From Verrucomicrobiota bacterium (lineage in GTDB: Bacteria; Verrucomicrobiota; Verrucomicrobiia; JABWAM01; JAHFSZ01): 64,000 nt of DNA. Positions within the stretch are counted from its first letter, which is position 1. Each line of letters begins with the position of its first letter. The stretch covers positions 8,358 through 72,357 of the forward strand of contig JAHFSZ010000002.1 in NCBI GenBank assembly GCA_023265515.1, read 5' to 3'. The translations under genes and the position numbers were made by a program. The notes beneath the pieces were generated by a model that was not told the origin of the DNA, searched no databases, and saw nothing but the letters and a program-made list of their open reading frames with translations. This document shows, one piece after another, positions 1 through 9,820 of this stretch.

Positions 1-72
1 GACGGTCAAAAGTTCCGCCTGATCCGGCGACGCGAGGCGTTGCCAGACCTTTTAAAAAATGAGATGATTTAA
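1..72 (+). CDS. lysA: diaminopimelate decarboxylase, C-terminal fragment (cut by window edge)
   Basis: Frame 1 reads DGQKFRLIRRREALPDLLKNEMI*, matching the LysA-type C-terminal LIRRRE..DL tail; lies directly upstream of dapF-dapA-dapB. Confidence 0.65.
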   Translation, partial: DGQKFRLIRRREALPDLLKNEMI

Positions 73-102
73 CGCTCGTTTTTCGAAGCGGGAGGCAATC
101 CC

Positions 103-921
103 ATGGCACTGAACTTTACCAAGATGAACGGCGCCGGAAACGATTTCGTCATGATCGACAATCGCGATGGATCGGTTTGCCTGAGCCGTGAACAGATCCG
201 CTGGATCTGCGACCGCCACCGCGGGGTGGGGGCCGACGGCCTTCTGCTGGTCGAAAAATCCGCTGGCGGCGGCGCCGATTTCAGGATGCGTTACTATAAC
301 GCAGACGGCGGCGAGGTTGAGATGTGCGGCAACGGGGCCCGTTGTTTTGCGCGCTTCGTCCAGACTCTGGGCTGGGAGAAACCCGAACTTCGATTTGCGA
401 CGCCCGCCGGTCTCATCCGGGCGCAGTTCGAGGGTGACGGGGTGAGAATCAGTCTCGGGGCGCCGCGAGACCTGAAACTGGCGCAGACCATCGATTTGGA
501 ATCGGGAGAATTGAAGATCCACTCGATCAACACGGGTGTCCCACACGTGGTCCTGTTTGTACCCGAAGCCGATGAGGCAATGGTCGGGGAGTGGGGAAGG
601 GAGATCCGGAATCACCCGCTGTTCCAGCCGCGCGGAACGAATGTGAACTTCGTCCAGCTGAAGGAGGGCAACCTCATCCGCGTTCGGACCTACGAGCGAG
701 GAGTCGAAAATGAGACGCTCGCGTGCGGCACCGGCGTGGTCGCCGCAGCCATCGTATCGCACCTGTTTCACCGGGTGCCAGTGCCGGTTCAGGTTCAGGT
801 ACAGGGCGGTGAGACTCTCGAGGTTGTTTTCGCGGCCAAAGGGCTTGAGATCTCCGACGTGCGCCTCAAAGGGCCCGCTGATTTCGTCTTCGAAGGGAAA
901 TTAGCGCTTCCTAAGAACTAA
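103..921 (+). CDS. dapF: diaminopimelate epimerase
   Basis: FTKMNGAGNDF, EMCGNGARC, NTGVPH and ERGVENETLACGTG motifs. Confidence 0.97.
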   Translation: MALNFTKMNGAGNDFVMIDNRDGSVCLSREQIRWICDRHRGVGADGLLLVEKSAGGGADFRMRYYNADGGEVEMCGNGARCFARFVQTLGWEKPELRFATPAGLIRAQFEGDGVRISLGAPRDLKLAQTIDLESGELKIHSINTGVPHVVLFVPEADEAMVGEWGREIRNHPLFQPRGTNVNFVQLKEGNLIRVRTYERGVENETLACGTGVVAAAIVSHLFHRVPVPVQVQVQGGETLEVVFAAKGLEISDVRLKGPADFVFEGKLALPKN

Positions 922-946
922 CCATTCCGGTAAGTAAGGATAATCC

Positions 947-1885
947 ATGTTCACCGGAACCTACACCGCATTAATCACGCCATTCCGCGACGGCAACGTC
1001 GATGCCCGCGCGCTTTGGGAACTGGTCGAAAGACAGATCCAGGCGGGGGTGGACGGCATCTGTCCGGTCGGCACGACGGGTGAATCGCCAACGGTGACGG
1101 TCGAGGAGCACGTCAACATCATCGAAATCTGTGTCCAGGCTGCGAAGAAAAAAATCAAGGTGATCGCGGGCACAGGCGCCAATTCCACCCAAGAGGCGAT
1201 CCATCTGACGCAGGCTGCCGAACGGGCAGGCGCAGACGGCTCGCTCCAGGTGGCGCCGTATTACAACAAGCCAAGCCAGGAAGGGCTTTATCAGCATTTC
1301 CAAGCCATCGCTTCGTCAACCAGCCTTCCAATCATGCTCTATAGCATCCCAGGCCGGTGCGGCATTGAGATCGGCGTGGATACGGTGGCTCGTCTGGCGA
1401 CGGCCTGCAACAATATCGTTTCCATCAAGGAGGCGGGAGGCAGCGCCGACCGCGTCAGCCAGCTTCGACAGGTCCTGCCCAAGGAGTTCACCATTCTTTC
1501 GGGTGACGACTCGCTCACGCTGCCGTTCATGGCAGTGGGGGCGCGCGGCGTCGTGAGCGTCGTTTCCAACCTGATTCCGGCCGAAATCGCGCAACTGGTG
1601 AAGGCGTTCGCGGCGGGCAGGTTGGAAACGGCGATGAACCTCCATGAAAAATATTATCCGCTGTTCAAGAACATGTTCGTCGAGACCAATCCCGTTCCGG
1701 TAAAATTCGCCATGACGCTGATGGGCTTGATCGCCGAGGAGTACCGCCTGCCGCTGGTCCCCGCAAGCGACGCGAACAAGGCGATCATCTCCGAAACCCT
1801 CAGGAACTGCGGATTGATCCAGGCAATGACCGAAATGCGCGAACGGAAGCTTCCCAGGACGGAGCCTGTTCCGTTCAAGAAATAA
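947..1885 (+). CDS. dapA: 4-hydroxy-tetrahydrodipicolinate synthase
   Basis: GTTGES, PYYNKP, Schiff-base IKEA, SGDD and ETNPVPVK motifs. Confidence 0.97.
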   Translation: MFTGTYTALITPFRDGNVDARALWELVERQIQAGVDGICPVGTTGESPTVTVEEHVNIIEICVQAAKKKIKVIAGTGANSTQEAIHLTQAAERAGADGSLQVAPYYNKPSQEGLYQHFQAIASSTSLPIMLYSIPGRCGIEIGVDTVARLATACNNIVSIKEAGGSADRVSQLRQVLPKEFTILSGDDSLTLPFMAVGARGVVSVVSNLIPAEIAQLVKAFAAGRLETAMNLHEKYYPLFKNMFVETNPVPVKFAMTLMGLIAEEYRLPLVPASDANKAIISETLRNCGLIQAMTEMRERKLPRTEPVPFKK

Positions 1886-1891
1886 GAAGTG

Positions 1892-2653
1892 ATGGCGACC
1901 AAAATTGTCATGCTCGGAGCGCTTGGCCGGATGGGTCAGCATATCCTCCGCCTCGCCAGGGAGGACAGGGAGTGCGAGGTGGTTGGCGAGGTCGACCGGG
2001 ACGTGGACCTGAAGCCTAGCCTGGGGAAGGCGGACGTGGTGATCGATTTCACCATGCCCGCCGCAACCATGCACCATCTTCCCGAGATCGTCGCGGCGAA
2101 AAAGGCCCTGGTCCTCGGCACCACCGGGTTTTCTGAAGATGAGAAGAGAAAGCTCGGGGAGGCTTCCAAGACCATCCCCATGGTCTTTGCCCCCAATATG
2201 AGTCTCGGCGTGAATCTGCTTTTTTCGCTCACCCAGATCGTCGCGCAGGTTGTTGGCGACGATTTCGACGTGGAGATCGTCGAGGCGCACCACAACAAGA
2301 AGATCGACGCGCCCAGCGGAACGGCCAATCACCTCGCTGAAATTGTCGCTGCAGCGAAGCAGAAGCCGCTTTCACAAGTAGCAAAGCATGGCCGTGCCGG
2401 AATCACCGATGCCCGGCGAAGGAGCGAGATCGGCATTCACGCCATCCGGGGCGGTGACGTCGTTGGCGATCACACGGTGATGTTCCTGGGCACCGGCGAG
2501 CGCATCGAGCTGACGCACCGTGCCAGCTCCCGGGACACCTTTGCCAAGGGCGCTCTGCGCGCGGCCAAGTGGGTGGTCAACGCGGAGCCTGGCCAGTACG
2601 ACATGCTCGACGTTCTCGGCCTGAAGGTTCAGCCCAACGCTGAAAATGGATGA
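1892..2653 (+). CDS. dapB: 4-hydroxy-tetrahydrodipicolinate reductase
   Basis: GALGRMG, DFT, GTTG, EAHHNKKIDAPSGTA and RGGDVVGDH motifs. Confidence 0.97.
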   Translation: MATKIVMLGALGRMGQHILRLAREDRECEVVGEVDRDVDLKPSLGKADVVIDFTMPAATMHHLPEIVAAKKALVLGTTGFSEDEKRKLGEASKTIPMVFAPNMSLGVNLLFSLTQIVAQVVGDDFDVEIVEAHHNKKIDAPSGTANHLAEIVAAAKQKPLSQVAKHGRAGITDARRRSEIGIHAIRGGDVVGDHTVMFLGTGERIELTHRASSRDTFAKGALRAAKWVVNAEPGQYDMLDVLGLKVQPNAENG

Positions 2654-3132
2654 CCTACGGCATCGGATTCGGTTCGAACATGGGCGACCGTGTGGAGCAT
2701 ATCCGTGCGGGGATGGCTTTCCTCAACACCATCTTCAAATCCGGATGGCGGGTTTCATCGCTTTATGAGACGTCCCCCGTGGGTTGCCCTCCGGGGTCCC
2801 CGGATTTCATCAATGCCGTTGCCGAAGGGGAATTCGAAGGCAACCCGCTGGCTCTTCATCGGCTTCTCAAGGCGTTTGAACAAACTCGGGGAGACCGCCG
2901 CCCGCCGGCCGGGCGGAACGAGCCGCGCGCCCTCGACCTCGATCTGCTTTATGCCGAGGGGCCTTTTGCCAGCGCGGAACTGACGTTGCCTCATCCACGC
3001 CTCCATCTGCGACGTTTTGTTTTGCAACCGCTGGCCGAAATTCATCCGGCACTGGTCATTCCCGGACTGGGAAAGACCGTGCAGGAGTTGTTGGCGGCTT
3101 TAAAAACCGACGAAGTGGTTCGAGCCCTGTGA
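2650..3132 (+). CDS. folK: 2-amino-4-hydroxy-6-hydroxymethyldihydropteridine diphosphokinase
   Basis: GSNMGDR, SSLYET, PRALDLDLL and LPHPRLHLRRFVL motifs; ATGA overlap with dapB. Confidence 0.95.
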   Translation: MTYGIGFGSNMGDRVEHIRAGMAFLNTIFKSGWRVSSLYETSPVGCPPGSPDFINAVAEGEFEGNPLALHRLLKAFEQTRGDRRPPAGRNEPRALDLDLLYAEGPFASAELTLPHPRLHLRRFVLQPLAEIHPALVIPGLGKTVQELLAALKTDEVVRAL

Positions 3133-3236
3133 TAAAAGCCTGAAAGGTTCTTTTTATGGAAGTGAGAGTAATAGATCGCCTCATCTCAGAAGTCTTGTAA
3201 ATCCAGCGGATCCTGTCAGAAAAAACGGTCTTAACG

Positions 3237-3953
3237 ATGATGATCTTTCCAGCCATCGATCTTAAAAACGGCAAATGTGTCCGTCTCCTGCAGGGGAAAG
3301 CGGAGGAGGTCACCGTTTATTCCGACAACCCTGTTGCGATTGCGATGCAGTGGCAGGAACAGGGCGGCCAATTCCTCCATGTGGTCGACTTGGATGGCGC
3401 TTTTTCCGGCGAACCCAAAAACCGCGAATGGGTCCGCCAGATTATCTCATCAGTGCCGATTCATATCCAGCTGGGCGGGGGTCTTCGGACACTCCTCCAG
3501 ATTCGCGAGGTCCTCGAGCTCGGCGTCGATCGCGTCGTCCTGGGAACCAGGGCAGCCTCGGAAGATTTTGTGCGGAAGGCTCTGCGCGAGTTTGGCGCCG
3601 AGAAGCTGGTCGTGGGCATTGACGCCCGGGATGGCAAAGTGGCCCTGTCCGGATGGACGGAACAGACGGGTCTGAACGCCATTGATCTGGCCAAAAGGGT
3701 TTTTGAGCTCGGCATCCTCCGGATGGTGTTTACGGATATCAACACGGACGGGATGCTCATTGGCCCGCCGCTGGATTCGATCCGGCGGCTTTGCGCGGCT
3801 GTCGGCTGCTCCGTGATCGCTTCCGGGGGCGTTTCCACTCTGGAGGACATCCGCAAGTTGCGGGAGCTCAAACTTTCCAATTTGGAGGGTGTCATTGTCG
3901 GCAAGGCGCTTTACGAAAAAAAGTTCACCCTTCGCGAGGCGCTTCGTGATTGA
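3237..3953 (+). CDS. hisA: ProFAR isomerase
   Basis: PAIDLKNGKCVRL, HVVDLDGA, GGGLR, TDINTDG, ASGGV and GKALY motifs. Confidence 0.96.
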   Translation: MMIFPAIDLKNGKCVRLLQGKAEEVTVYSDNPVAIAMQWQEQGGQFLHVVDLDGAFSGEPKNREWVRQIISSVPIHIQLGGGLRTLLQIREVLELGVDRVVLGTRAASEDFVRKALREFGAEKLVVGIDARDGKVALSGWTEQTGLNAIDLAKRVFELGILRMVFTDINTDGMLIGPPLDSIRRLCAAVGCSVIASGGVSTLEDIRKLRELKLSNLEGVIVGKALYEKKFTLREALRD

Positions 3954-5925
3954 TTACGTGAAGGAATTAAACCCGCAACAACTGGAGGCTGTTCAGGCGC
4001 CGCCGGGCCCGCTCTTGATTATCGCGGGGGCGGGGAGCGGCAAAACCCGGACACTGACCTACCGTGTGGCCTTCCTGATCGAAAAGGGCCTGCCGCCAGA
4101 TCGTCTGTTGCTGCTGACGTTTACCAACAAGGCCGCCAACGAGATGCTCCATCGCGTCTCATCCCTGCTTCCAGTGGACGCGTCGCGGATTCCCGGCGGA
4201 ACTTTCCACAGCATCTGCAACCGGCTGCTCCGGCGCCACGCGCGCGAGGCCGGCTACGAGCCGGGCTTTTCCATTTTTGACGAGGAGGATTCCAAGGACG
4301 TGATTGCCCAGTCCGTCGCCGAGGAACAGATCGACACCAGGAAGAACCGATTTCCGAAACCCGAGGTGTTAAGCGACATCTTCAGCCTCGCGGCGAACAC
4401 AGAGCGGCCCGCCGCCCAGATCGTCCGCGAACAGTACGAGCATTTCGAGGAGCTGATCAGGGAAATCGAACGCGTTCAGGAGCGCTACCAGCACCGGAAA
4501 AGAGAGATGAACGGAATGGATTACGATGACCTGCTCTCGGTGTTTCTCCGGCTGCTGAAAACCAATCCCGGAATCCGCGAAAGCTACCAGAAAATCTTTC
4601 AATATGTCCTGGTCGACGAGTACCAGGACACCAACAAAATCCAGAGTGACATCGTCGACACGCTGGTCGCTGGCCACAAAAATGTGATGGTGGTCGGCGA
4701 CGACGCGCAAAGCATCTACTCGTGGCGTGGCGCCAATTTTCGCAACATCATGGAATTTCCGAAGCGCTACCCCGGCGCGAAAATCGTCCGCATCGAGCAG
4801 AACTACCGGAGCACGCCGCAGGTTCTGGAGCTGGCCAATGCCTCGATCGCGCAGAACACCGAGCAGTTCAAAAAGAATCTTCAACCGGTTCGGGCGAGGG
4901 GACCGAAGCCGGTGATCGTCCCCGCTTCCAACGGGTTCCAGCAGGCGGAATTCGTCGCCACGCAGGTGCTGGAGCTGCGCGATCAGGGGATCAATCTCAA
5001 CCAGGTCGCGGTCCTTTACCGCTCGCATTATCACAGCATGGAACTGCAGATGGAATTGACGCGGCGCAACATCCCGTTCCACATCACTTCGGGAATTCGC
5101 TTTTTCGAGCAGGCCCACGTCAAGGATGTGGCGGCGCATTTAAAGCTCGTCCTCAACCCCAGCGACGAGCTTTCTTTCAAGCGCCTGCTCAAGCTAATGC
5201 CCAAGGTTGGTGCCATGACCGCCGACAAGATCTGGCGCAAGGTCGGAGCGGAACCGAGAAACTCTGATTTGAAGGGTCTCGTCGCTCGGATGATTCAGCA
5301 TGGCCCATCAATCCCCAGGGCGGCGGAGAATGAATGGAAACAGTTTGCGGCAATACTCAAGCAACTTGCGTCGGATGAAATTCGAAAGCATCCCTCCGAG
5401 ATGATCCATAGCGTCCTGGAATCCTGGTACTCGGCGTACCTGAAAGTAACTTATCCCAATTTTAAACATCGCCTGGAGGACCTTGCCCAGTTCGCGTCGT
5501 TTGCGGCGAAATTCAAGGACCTGGAACATTTTCTCGCGGAACTGACGCTGATGACCAACCTCGAGATTGAGCAGGAAGCCAGGGATGAGAGGCTCGACCC
5601 TTCCGAAATCCTGAGGCTCTCCACGGTTCACCAGGCCAAGGGCCTTGAATTCGAGGCCGTGTTCGTCATCGGATTGGCTGATGGTATGTTTCCCTCGAGC
5701 CGGTCGCTCCAGTCGCAGGCCAACGAGGAGGAAGAGCGCCGGCTCTTTTACGTCGCCGTAACGCGTGCGAAGGACTATTTGTTTCTCATCTATCCGCTGA
5801 TCCGGTCCAATGCCGGGTATTACGGCGATGCTATGCAGAAGCCCTCCCGCTTCATTTACGAGCTGCCCGAACACTGTGCCGAACGAGCCGAGCTCCCTGA
5901 GAAAAGCTGGGCTTGGGAGAGTTGA
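3946..5925 (+). CDS. uvrD: UvrD/PcrA/Rep-family ATP-dependent DNA helicase
   Basis: LNPQQ, AGAGSGKT, LTFTNKAA, VDEYQDTN, VGDDAQSIYSWRGA, STVHQAKGLEF and EEERRLFYVAVTRA; GTG start at 3946 chosen (overlaps the hisA stop). Confidence 0.93.
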   Translation: MIDYVKELNPQQLEAVQAPPGPLLIIAGAGSGKTRTLTYRVAFLIEKGLPPDRLLLLTFTNKAANEMLHRVSSLLPVDASRIPGGTFHSICNRLLRRHAREAGYEPGFSIFDEEDSKDVIAQSVAEEQIDTRKNRFPKPEVLSDIFSLAANTERPAAQIVREQYEHFEELIREIERVQERYQHRKREMNGMDYDDLLSVFLRLLKTNPGIRESYQKIFQYVLVDEYQDTNKIQSDIVDTLVAGHKNVMVVGDDAQSIYSWRGANFRNIMEFPKRYPGAKIVRIEQNYRSTPQVLELANASIAQNTEQFKKNLQPVRARGPKPVIVPASNGFQQAEFVATQVLELRDQGINLNQVAVLYRSHYHSMELQMELTRRNIPFHITSGIRFFEQAHVKDVAAHLKLVLNPSDELSFKRLLKLMPKVGAMTADKIWRKVGAEPRNSDLKGLVARMIQHGPSIPRAAENEWKQFAAILKQLASDEIRKHPSEMIHSVLESWYSAYLKVTYPNFKHRLEDLAQFASFAAKFKDLEHFLAELTLMTNLEIEQEARDERLDPSEILRLSTVHQAKGLEFEAVFVIGLADGMFPSSRSLQSQANEEEERRLFYVAVTRAKDYLFLIYPLIRSNAGYYGDAMQKPSRFIYELPEHCAERAELPEKSWAWES

Positions 5926-5966
5926 AACGACCGGCCGTGCTTTCAGAAGGGCGGAGGGAAGATCCA

Positions 5967-6063
5967 TGTGAACAAATCGGGCCCCTTTCCAGACTTCCTG
6001 CTCTATTCGATATAATATTTATTGTGCGACGTTGTATGGGGGGTGTGAATAACTTGCGAAGAA
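5967..6063 (-). promoter_or_regulatory. DnaA-box cluster with C-rich spacer and AT-rich tract (candidate oriC unwinding element or DnaA-regulated site)
   Basis: Minus strand: TTCTTCGCA-AG-TTATTCACA (6052-6044)-CCCCC-CATACAACGTCGCACAATAAATATTATA; a further TTGTTCACA at 5975-5967. Confidence 0.45.
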
Positions 6064-6143
6064 CCTGATCCCCATGCCGGAAAGCCTGCTACGCTTGAAA
6101 AAATGGGTTGTTTTACGTTGTCAAAACGAGATGATCGCCACCC

Positions 6144-6809
6144 ATGGCCAAGCGTTATGCACCCCGAAAATCCTCGAAAACGCGCTCCCCGGGTCTCTTC
6201 ATCTCCTTTGAAGGCGTCGACGGAACGGGCAAATCGACACAGATTCGCCTTTTGGCAGCCCGCCTGGAAGGGCTCAAAAAGCGTGTGGTGGTGCTTCGCG
6301 AGCCTGGTGGAACTCGGATCGGCGAAAAAATCCGACATCTCCTTCAGTACGACCGCGGAGCCCTCCAGATGACACCGGCGACCGAAACACTTCTTTTTTG
6401 CGCCAGCAGGGCCCAGTTGACCTCCGAAAGGATCCTCCCTGCCCTTGCCGCGGGCAAAGTGGTCCTGACCGACCGCTTCATCGACTCGACGACCGTTTAT
6501 CAGGGGTACGGACGAAAACTGGGGCACGATGCGATTCAAAAAATCCATGAATTTTCCATCGGCCGCGTTCGTCCTCATCTCACGTTCGTCCTCATGATGA
6601 AGCCGGAGACCTCCGTAAGGCGCGCGCGACGACGTGGCCGATTCGACCGGATGGAAGCTCAGAAAAAATCCTTCTACCGATCCATCCATCGAGGCTACCG
6701 GGCACTGGCACGCCGCGAGCCTGGCCGGATCCGATGGATCGCCGCCGACCGTTCCCGCCATGCGGTCCATTCCGACATTTGGAAGGAAACATTGAAAAAA
6801 TTGAAATGA
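6144..6809 (+). CDS. tmk: thymidylate kinase
   Basis: FISFEGVDGTGKSTQ, REPGGT and DRFIDSTTVYQG motifs. Confidence 0.96.
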   Translation: MAKRYAPRKSSKTRSPGLFISFEGVDGTGKSTQIRLLAARLEGLKKRVVVLREPGGTRIGEKIRHLLQYDRGALQMTPATETLLFCASRAQLTSERILPALAAGKVVLTDRFIDSTTVYQGYGRKLGHDAIQKIHEFSIGRVRPHLTFVLMMKPETSVRRARRRGRFDRMEAQKKSFYRSIHRGYRALARREPGRIRWIAADRSRHAVHSDIWKETLKKLK

Positions 6810-6812
6810 CCG

Positions 6813-7778
6813 ATGGCGTGGAGTGATTTTAAACAAAACGCGGCGACCATACGGTTCGTCCAAAAGGCGCTTCTGGCGGGGCGCCTTGGTCATGCCTACC
6901 TGATCACCGGCGAATCCCATCAGAAACTTGGCCTCGCCCGGCAAATCGCCGCAGCGCTCAATTGCGCGGGCGCAACGGGCGACGCCTGCGGTCAGTGCAA
7001 TTCCTGCCGGAAAATCTTAACAGATCATCATCCGGACGTGCGACTGTTTCGCCCCGAATCCAAATCGAGGCGAATCGACATTGATACGGTTCGCGAGCTG
7101 GAGCGGGTCTCCTTTCTCAAGGCAAGCGAGGGCCGCACCAAGGTCGGCATCCTCGTCGACGCGGACCGTCTGACCCAACCCGCCCAGGACGCGTTTCTGA
7201 AAACGCTCGAGGAACCGCCCAAAAACACCCTCTTTCTGTTGATCACATCGGAGCCGGAACAGCTCAAATACACAATTCTTTCGCGCTGCCTGAGAATCAA
7301 TCTTTTCCAGGAGGAGCCAGCCGAACCTTCCGAGCGTCAGAAGAACATCCTGTCGGTACTCAGGGGTTGGAAATCGGCTCCGAACCAAAGCTCCCTCTTC
7401 CAAACCTACCGGCTTGCGGACGCATTCCAGAAGGCGCTGGACGAGGCCAAAGAAGAGGCCGAAACCAAGGTGCAAGCTGATTACGAAGGCAAGGGCTATG
7501 AAAACCTCGATGCCGCACAGCGCGAAAAAATCGAGGCCGAAAAAGATGCGGCTGTGAAGGCCGAGTATCGCAGGCAGCGTGATCATCTGGTCCGCGTTTT
7601 GGAGGATCATCTCCGGGACATGAGCATCTCGGCTCCGTCGAATCGGAAACTGGTGCGCGCCTTCGATGCGGTCGAGCGGATGCACGCACGCTTCGAAAGA
7701 AACATGAACGAGGGCCTCCTCCTGGAAGTCACGCTGATGCAGTTGGCCGAAGCGCTGGAATCGCAGGGCCGTTCATGA
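6813..7778 (+). CDS. holB: DNA polymerase III subunit delta'
   Basis: HAYL, zinc motif C..ACGQCNSC, HPDV, AFLKTLEEPP, TILSRC; follows tmk. Confidence 0.93.
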   Translation: MAWSDFKQNAATIRFVQKALLAGRLGHAYLITGESHQKLGLARQIAAALNCAGATGDACGQCNSCRKILTDHHPDVRLFRPESKSRRIDIDTVRELERVSFLKASEGRTKVGILVDADRLTQPAQDAFLKTLEEPPKNTLFLLITSEPEQLKYTILSRCLRINLFQEEPAEPSERQKNILSVLRGWKSAPNQSSLFQTYRLADAFQKALDEAKEEAETKVQADYEGKGYENLDAAQREKIEAEKDAAVKAEYRRQRDHLVRVLEDHLRDMSISAPSNRKLVRAFDAVERMHARFERNMNEGLLLEVTLMQLAEALESQGRS

Positions 7779-8314
7779 AACCCTTTGACAGCCAACATGT
7801 TCCGGAGCATTCTGGCCCATCCATGAAGCGATGGAGCGCCATGCTGCTGGGTCTTGCCTTCCCCCTGCCCCTTCTTCTCTTGACGGGCGCGGGCGAGGAT
7901 ACCCCGCAACATCGGCCACAGCCTCTTCCCATGGCTTCCAGCGGCGTGATCGAAAGCTTCAAGATCCCGGAACGTGACGCCGCCGGCAACCTCCTCTGGC
8001 TGATTCAGGGCGAAAAGGCGCAAATCATCCAGGAAGGCCGCATCCAGATTTTCAATGTCCAGGTCGATACCTATCGACTGGGCGAGGTCGACCAGACCAT
8101 GACGTCACCCGAGTGCCTGCTCATCCGTCAGACGGAAGGCGGCAAGGTTGTCACGCACGCCGAGAGCACCAACAAGGTTGCGATCGTCGGCAAGAACCTC
8201 CTCATCACCGCAGATGGTTTTCAATGGTTTCCCGAGCAGACGCGTCTGGTCATGCAGAAAAATGTCCAGGTGGTCTTTGAGCGCAAAAAGGGATCCCTCT
8301 TCAAGAACAGCTGA
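7775..8314 (+). CDS. lptC: LptC-like LPS export protein
   Basis: N-terminal hydrophobic segment and beta-rich body; first gene of the lptC-lptA-lptB order. Confidence 0.65.
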   Translation: MKPFDSQHVPEHSGPSMKRWSAMLLGLAFPLPLLLLTGAGEDTPQHRPQPLPMASSGVIESFKIPERDAAGNLLWLIQGEKAQIIQEGRIQIFNVQVDTYRLGEVDQTMTSPECLLIRQTEGGKVVTHAESTNKVAIVGKNLLITADGFQWFPEQTRLVMQKNVQVVFERKKGSLFKNS

Positions 8315-8316
8315 TC

Positions 8317-8880
8317 ATGAGACGCACCGCACTGTTTCTAATTTTCTTGGGTTGTTCCGCCGCGCTCGTTGCCAACCCGGAGGCACCTGCTCCGACGGAG
8401 AAAACCAAGACCACGATTCAGTCGGACTTTGGCGATTTCGACTACAAAACCAAGAAAGGGATCTTTGAAGGGAACGTCTTGGTCAATGACGTGCAGATCA
8501 AGCTGAAGTCCGAGAAGATGATCGTTTACCTGGCCGAGAAGGATAATTCCGTCACCAAGGTCGAGGCGATGGGAACCGTCGAGATCCAGCACGAAGGAAA
8601 GACCGCCTATGCGGATAATGCGGTCTACAGCAGGGACACCGGCGTCATCCTTCTCACCCCGAAGCCCGGAGGCGAGCGGCCCAGGATCAGGGATGAAAAG
8701 GGCAACATCGTCCGTGGCAATGAAATCGTCATCAACCGAAACGACAATACGATGAAAGCGGTGGGCCGAGTTGAGCTCGAATACACACCAGACGGCAAAT
8801 CGGGTGATTTCTTCGGACCCAAGACCGGTACCAATCTCACCCATGATACAGCAATCCAGCCCCAAGCCCCAGCCCGATAG
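8317..8880 (+). CDS. lptA: LptA/OstA-family LPS transport protein
   Basis: Signal peptide; OstA-like FEGNVLV..LKSEKM..VEAMGTV..AYADNAVY pattern; adjacent to lptB. Confidence 0.8.
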   Translation: MRRTALFLIFLGCSAALVANPEAPAPTEKTKTTIQSDFGDFDYKTKKGIFEGNVLVNDVQIKLKSEKMIVYLAEKDNSVTKVEAMGTVEIQHEGKTAYADNAVYSRDTGVILLTPKPGGERPRIRDEKGNIVRGNEIVINRNDNTMKAVGRVELEYTPDGKSGDFFGPKTGTNLTHDTAIQPQAPAR

Positions 8881-9691
8881 CACCAAGGTCCGCCGCAGGA
8901 AACAGGGTCCGCGCGTGGTCGTATCCCTGCCCGCCCCGAAGACCCGCGTCCTCGAAACCAAGATCCATCGCAAGCTGCTCCAGACGCGCGAGCTGCGAAA
9001 GGAATACCGCGGGCGCCAGGTCGTCCGCGGCGTCGAAATCGAGGTGAATCGCGGCGAGGTGGTTGGCCTGCTCGGGCCGAACGGTGCGGGCAAAACCACG
9101 ACTTTTTACATGATCGTCGGGCTTGTCCGTCCTGATGGCGGCTCGGTCTATTTCAACGGCGAGGATATCACTCATGAGCCGATGTACCAGCGCGCGCGGC
9201 GCGGCATGGGTTATCTGGCCCAGGAGCCGACGGTCTTCCGCAAGCTGACGGTCGAGCAGAATGTCATGGCGATTCTCGAGACCCTCGACGTCACCGAGGA
9301 GGAACGGCGCGACCGGCTGGAAGGCCTTCTCGCCGAGCTTGGCCTCACGCACCTGGCCAAGAACAAGGCCTACACCCTGAGCGGCGGCGAAAGGCGGCGG
9401 CTGGAAATCACGCGTGCCCTCGTCACCAACCCATCCTTTATCCTCCTCGATGAGCCGTTTAGCGGGGTCGACCCCAAGGCGGTGCATGATGTCCAGGAAA
9501 TCATTGAGCGCCTCAAGCAGAAGGGCCTGGGCATGCTGCTAACCGATCACAATATCCGGGAAACCCTCTCGATTGTCGACCGCGCTTATCTCATCTGCGA
9601 AGGGGAAGTGATGCGCGAAGGTTCGAGTGAATTTCTGGTGAACGACCCGGTCAGCAGGGATTTGTATTTGGGCCCCCGCTTCTCGATGTGA
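8843..9691 (+). CDS. lptB: LPS export ABC transporter ATP-binding protein
   Basis: GLLGPNGAGKTT, YLAQEPTVFRKL, LSGGERRRLEI, LLDEPFSGVDP, TDHNIRETL, YLG; start uncertain. Confidence 0.95.
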   Translation: MIQQSSPKPQPDSTKVRRRKQGPRVVVSLPAPKTRVLETKIHRKLLQTRELRKEYRGRQVVRGVEIEVNRGEVVGLLGPNGAGKTTTFYMIVGLVRPDGGSVYFNGEDITHEPMYQRARRGMGYLAQEPTVFRKLTVEQNVMAILETLDVTEEERRDRLEGLLAELGLTHLAKNKAYTLSGGERRRLEITRALVTNPSFILLDEPFSGVDPKAVHDVQEIIERLKQKGLGMLLTDHNIRETLSIVDRAYLICEGEVMREGSSEFLVNDPVSRDLYLGPRFSM

Positions 9692-9695
9692 ATCC

Positions 9696-9720
9696 GATGC
9701 TGGATGTTCGATGCTGGATG
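9696..9720. repeat. heptamer tandem micro-array (GATGCTG-type)
   Basis: GATGCTG GATGTTC GATGCTG GATG immediately after the lptB stop. Confidence 0.6.
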
Positions 9721-9820
9721 ACGAGCAGGATTTTGTATTCTTTTTTGGACTTCTTGCAAAAGCAAGATTTCGATTTGAGATTGATTGACCGCGCGCTCAG
9801 GAGTACAACCCATCCATCCG

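Noticed and set aside
6008..6030. NrdR-box-like ATAATATTTATTGTGC upstream of tmk
   Set aside because: A conserved C of the consensus is missing and there is no tandem second box; the DnaA-box reading explains the region better.
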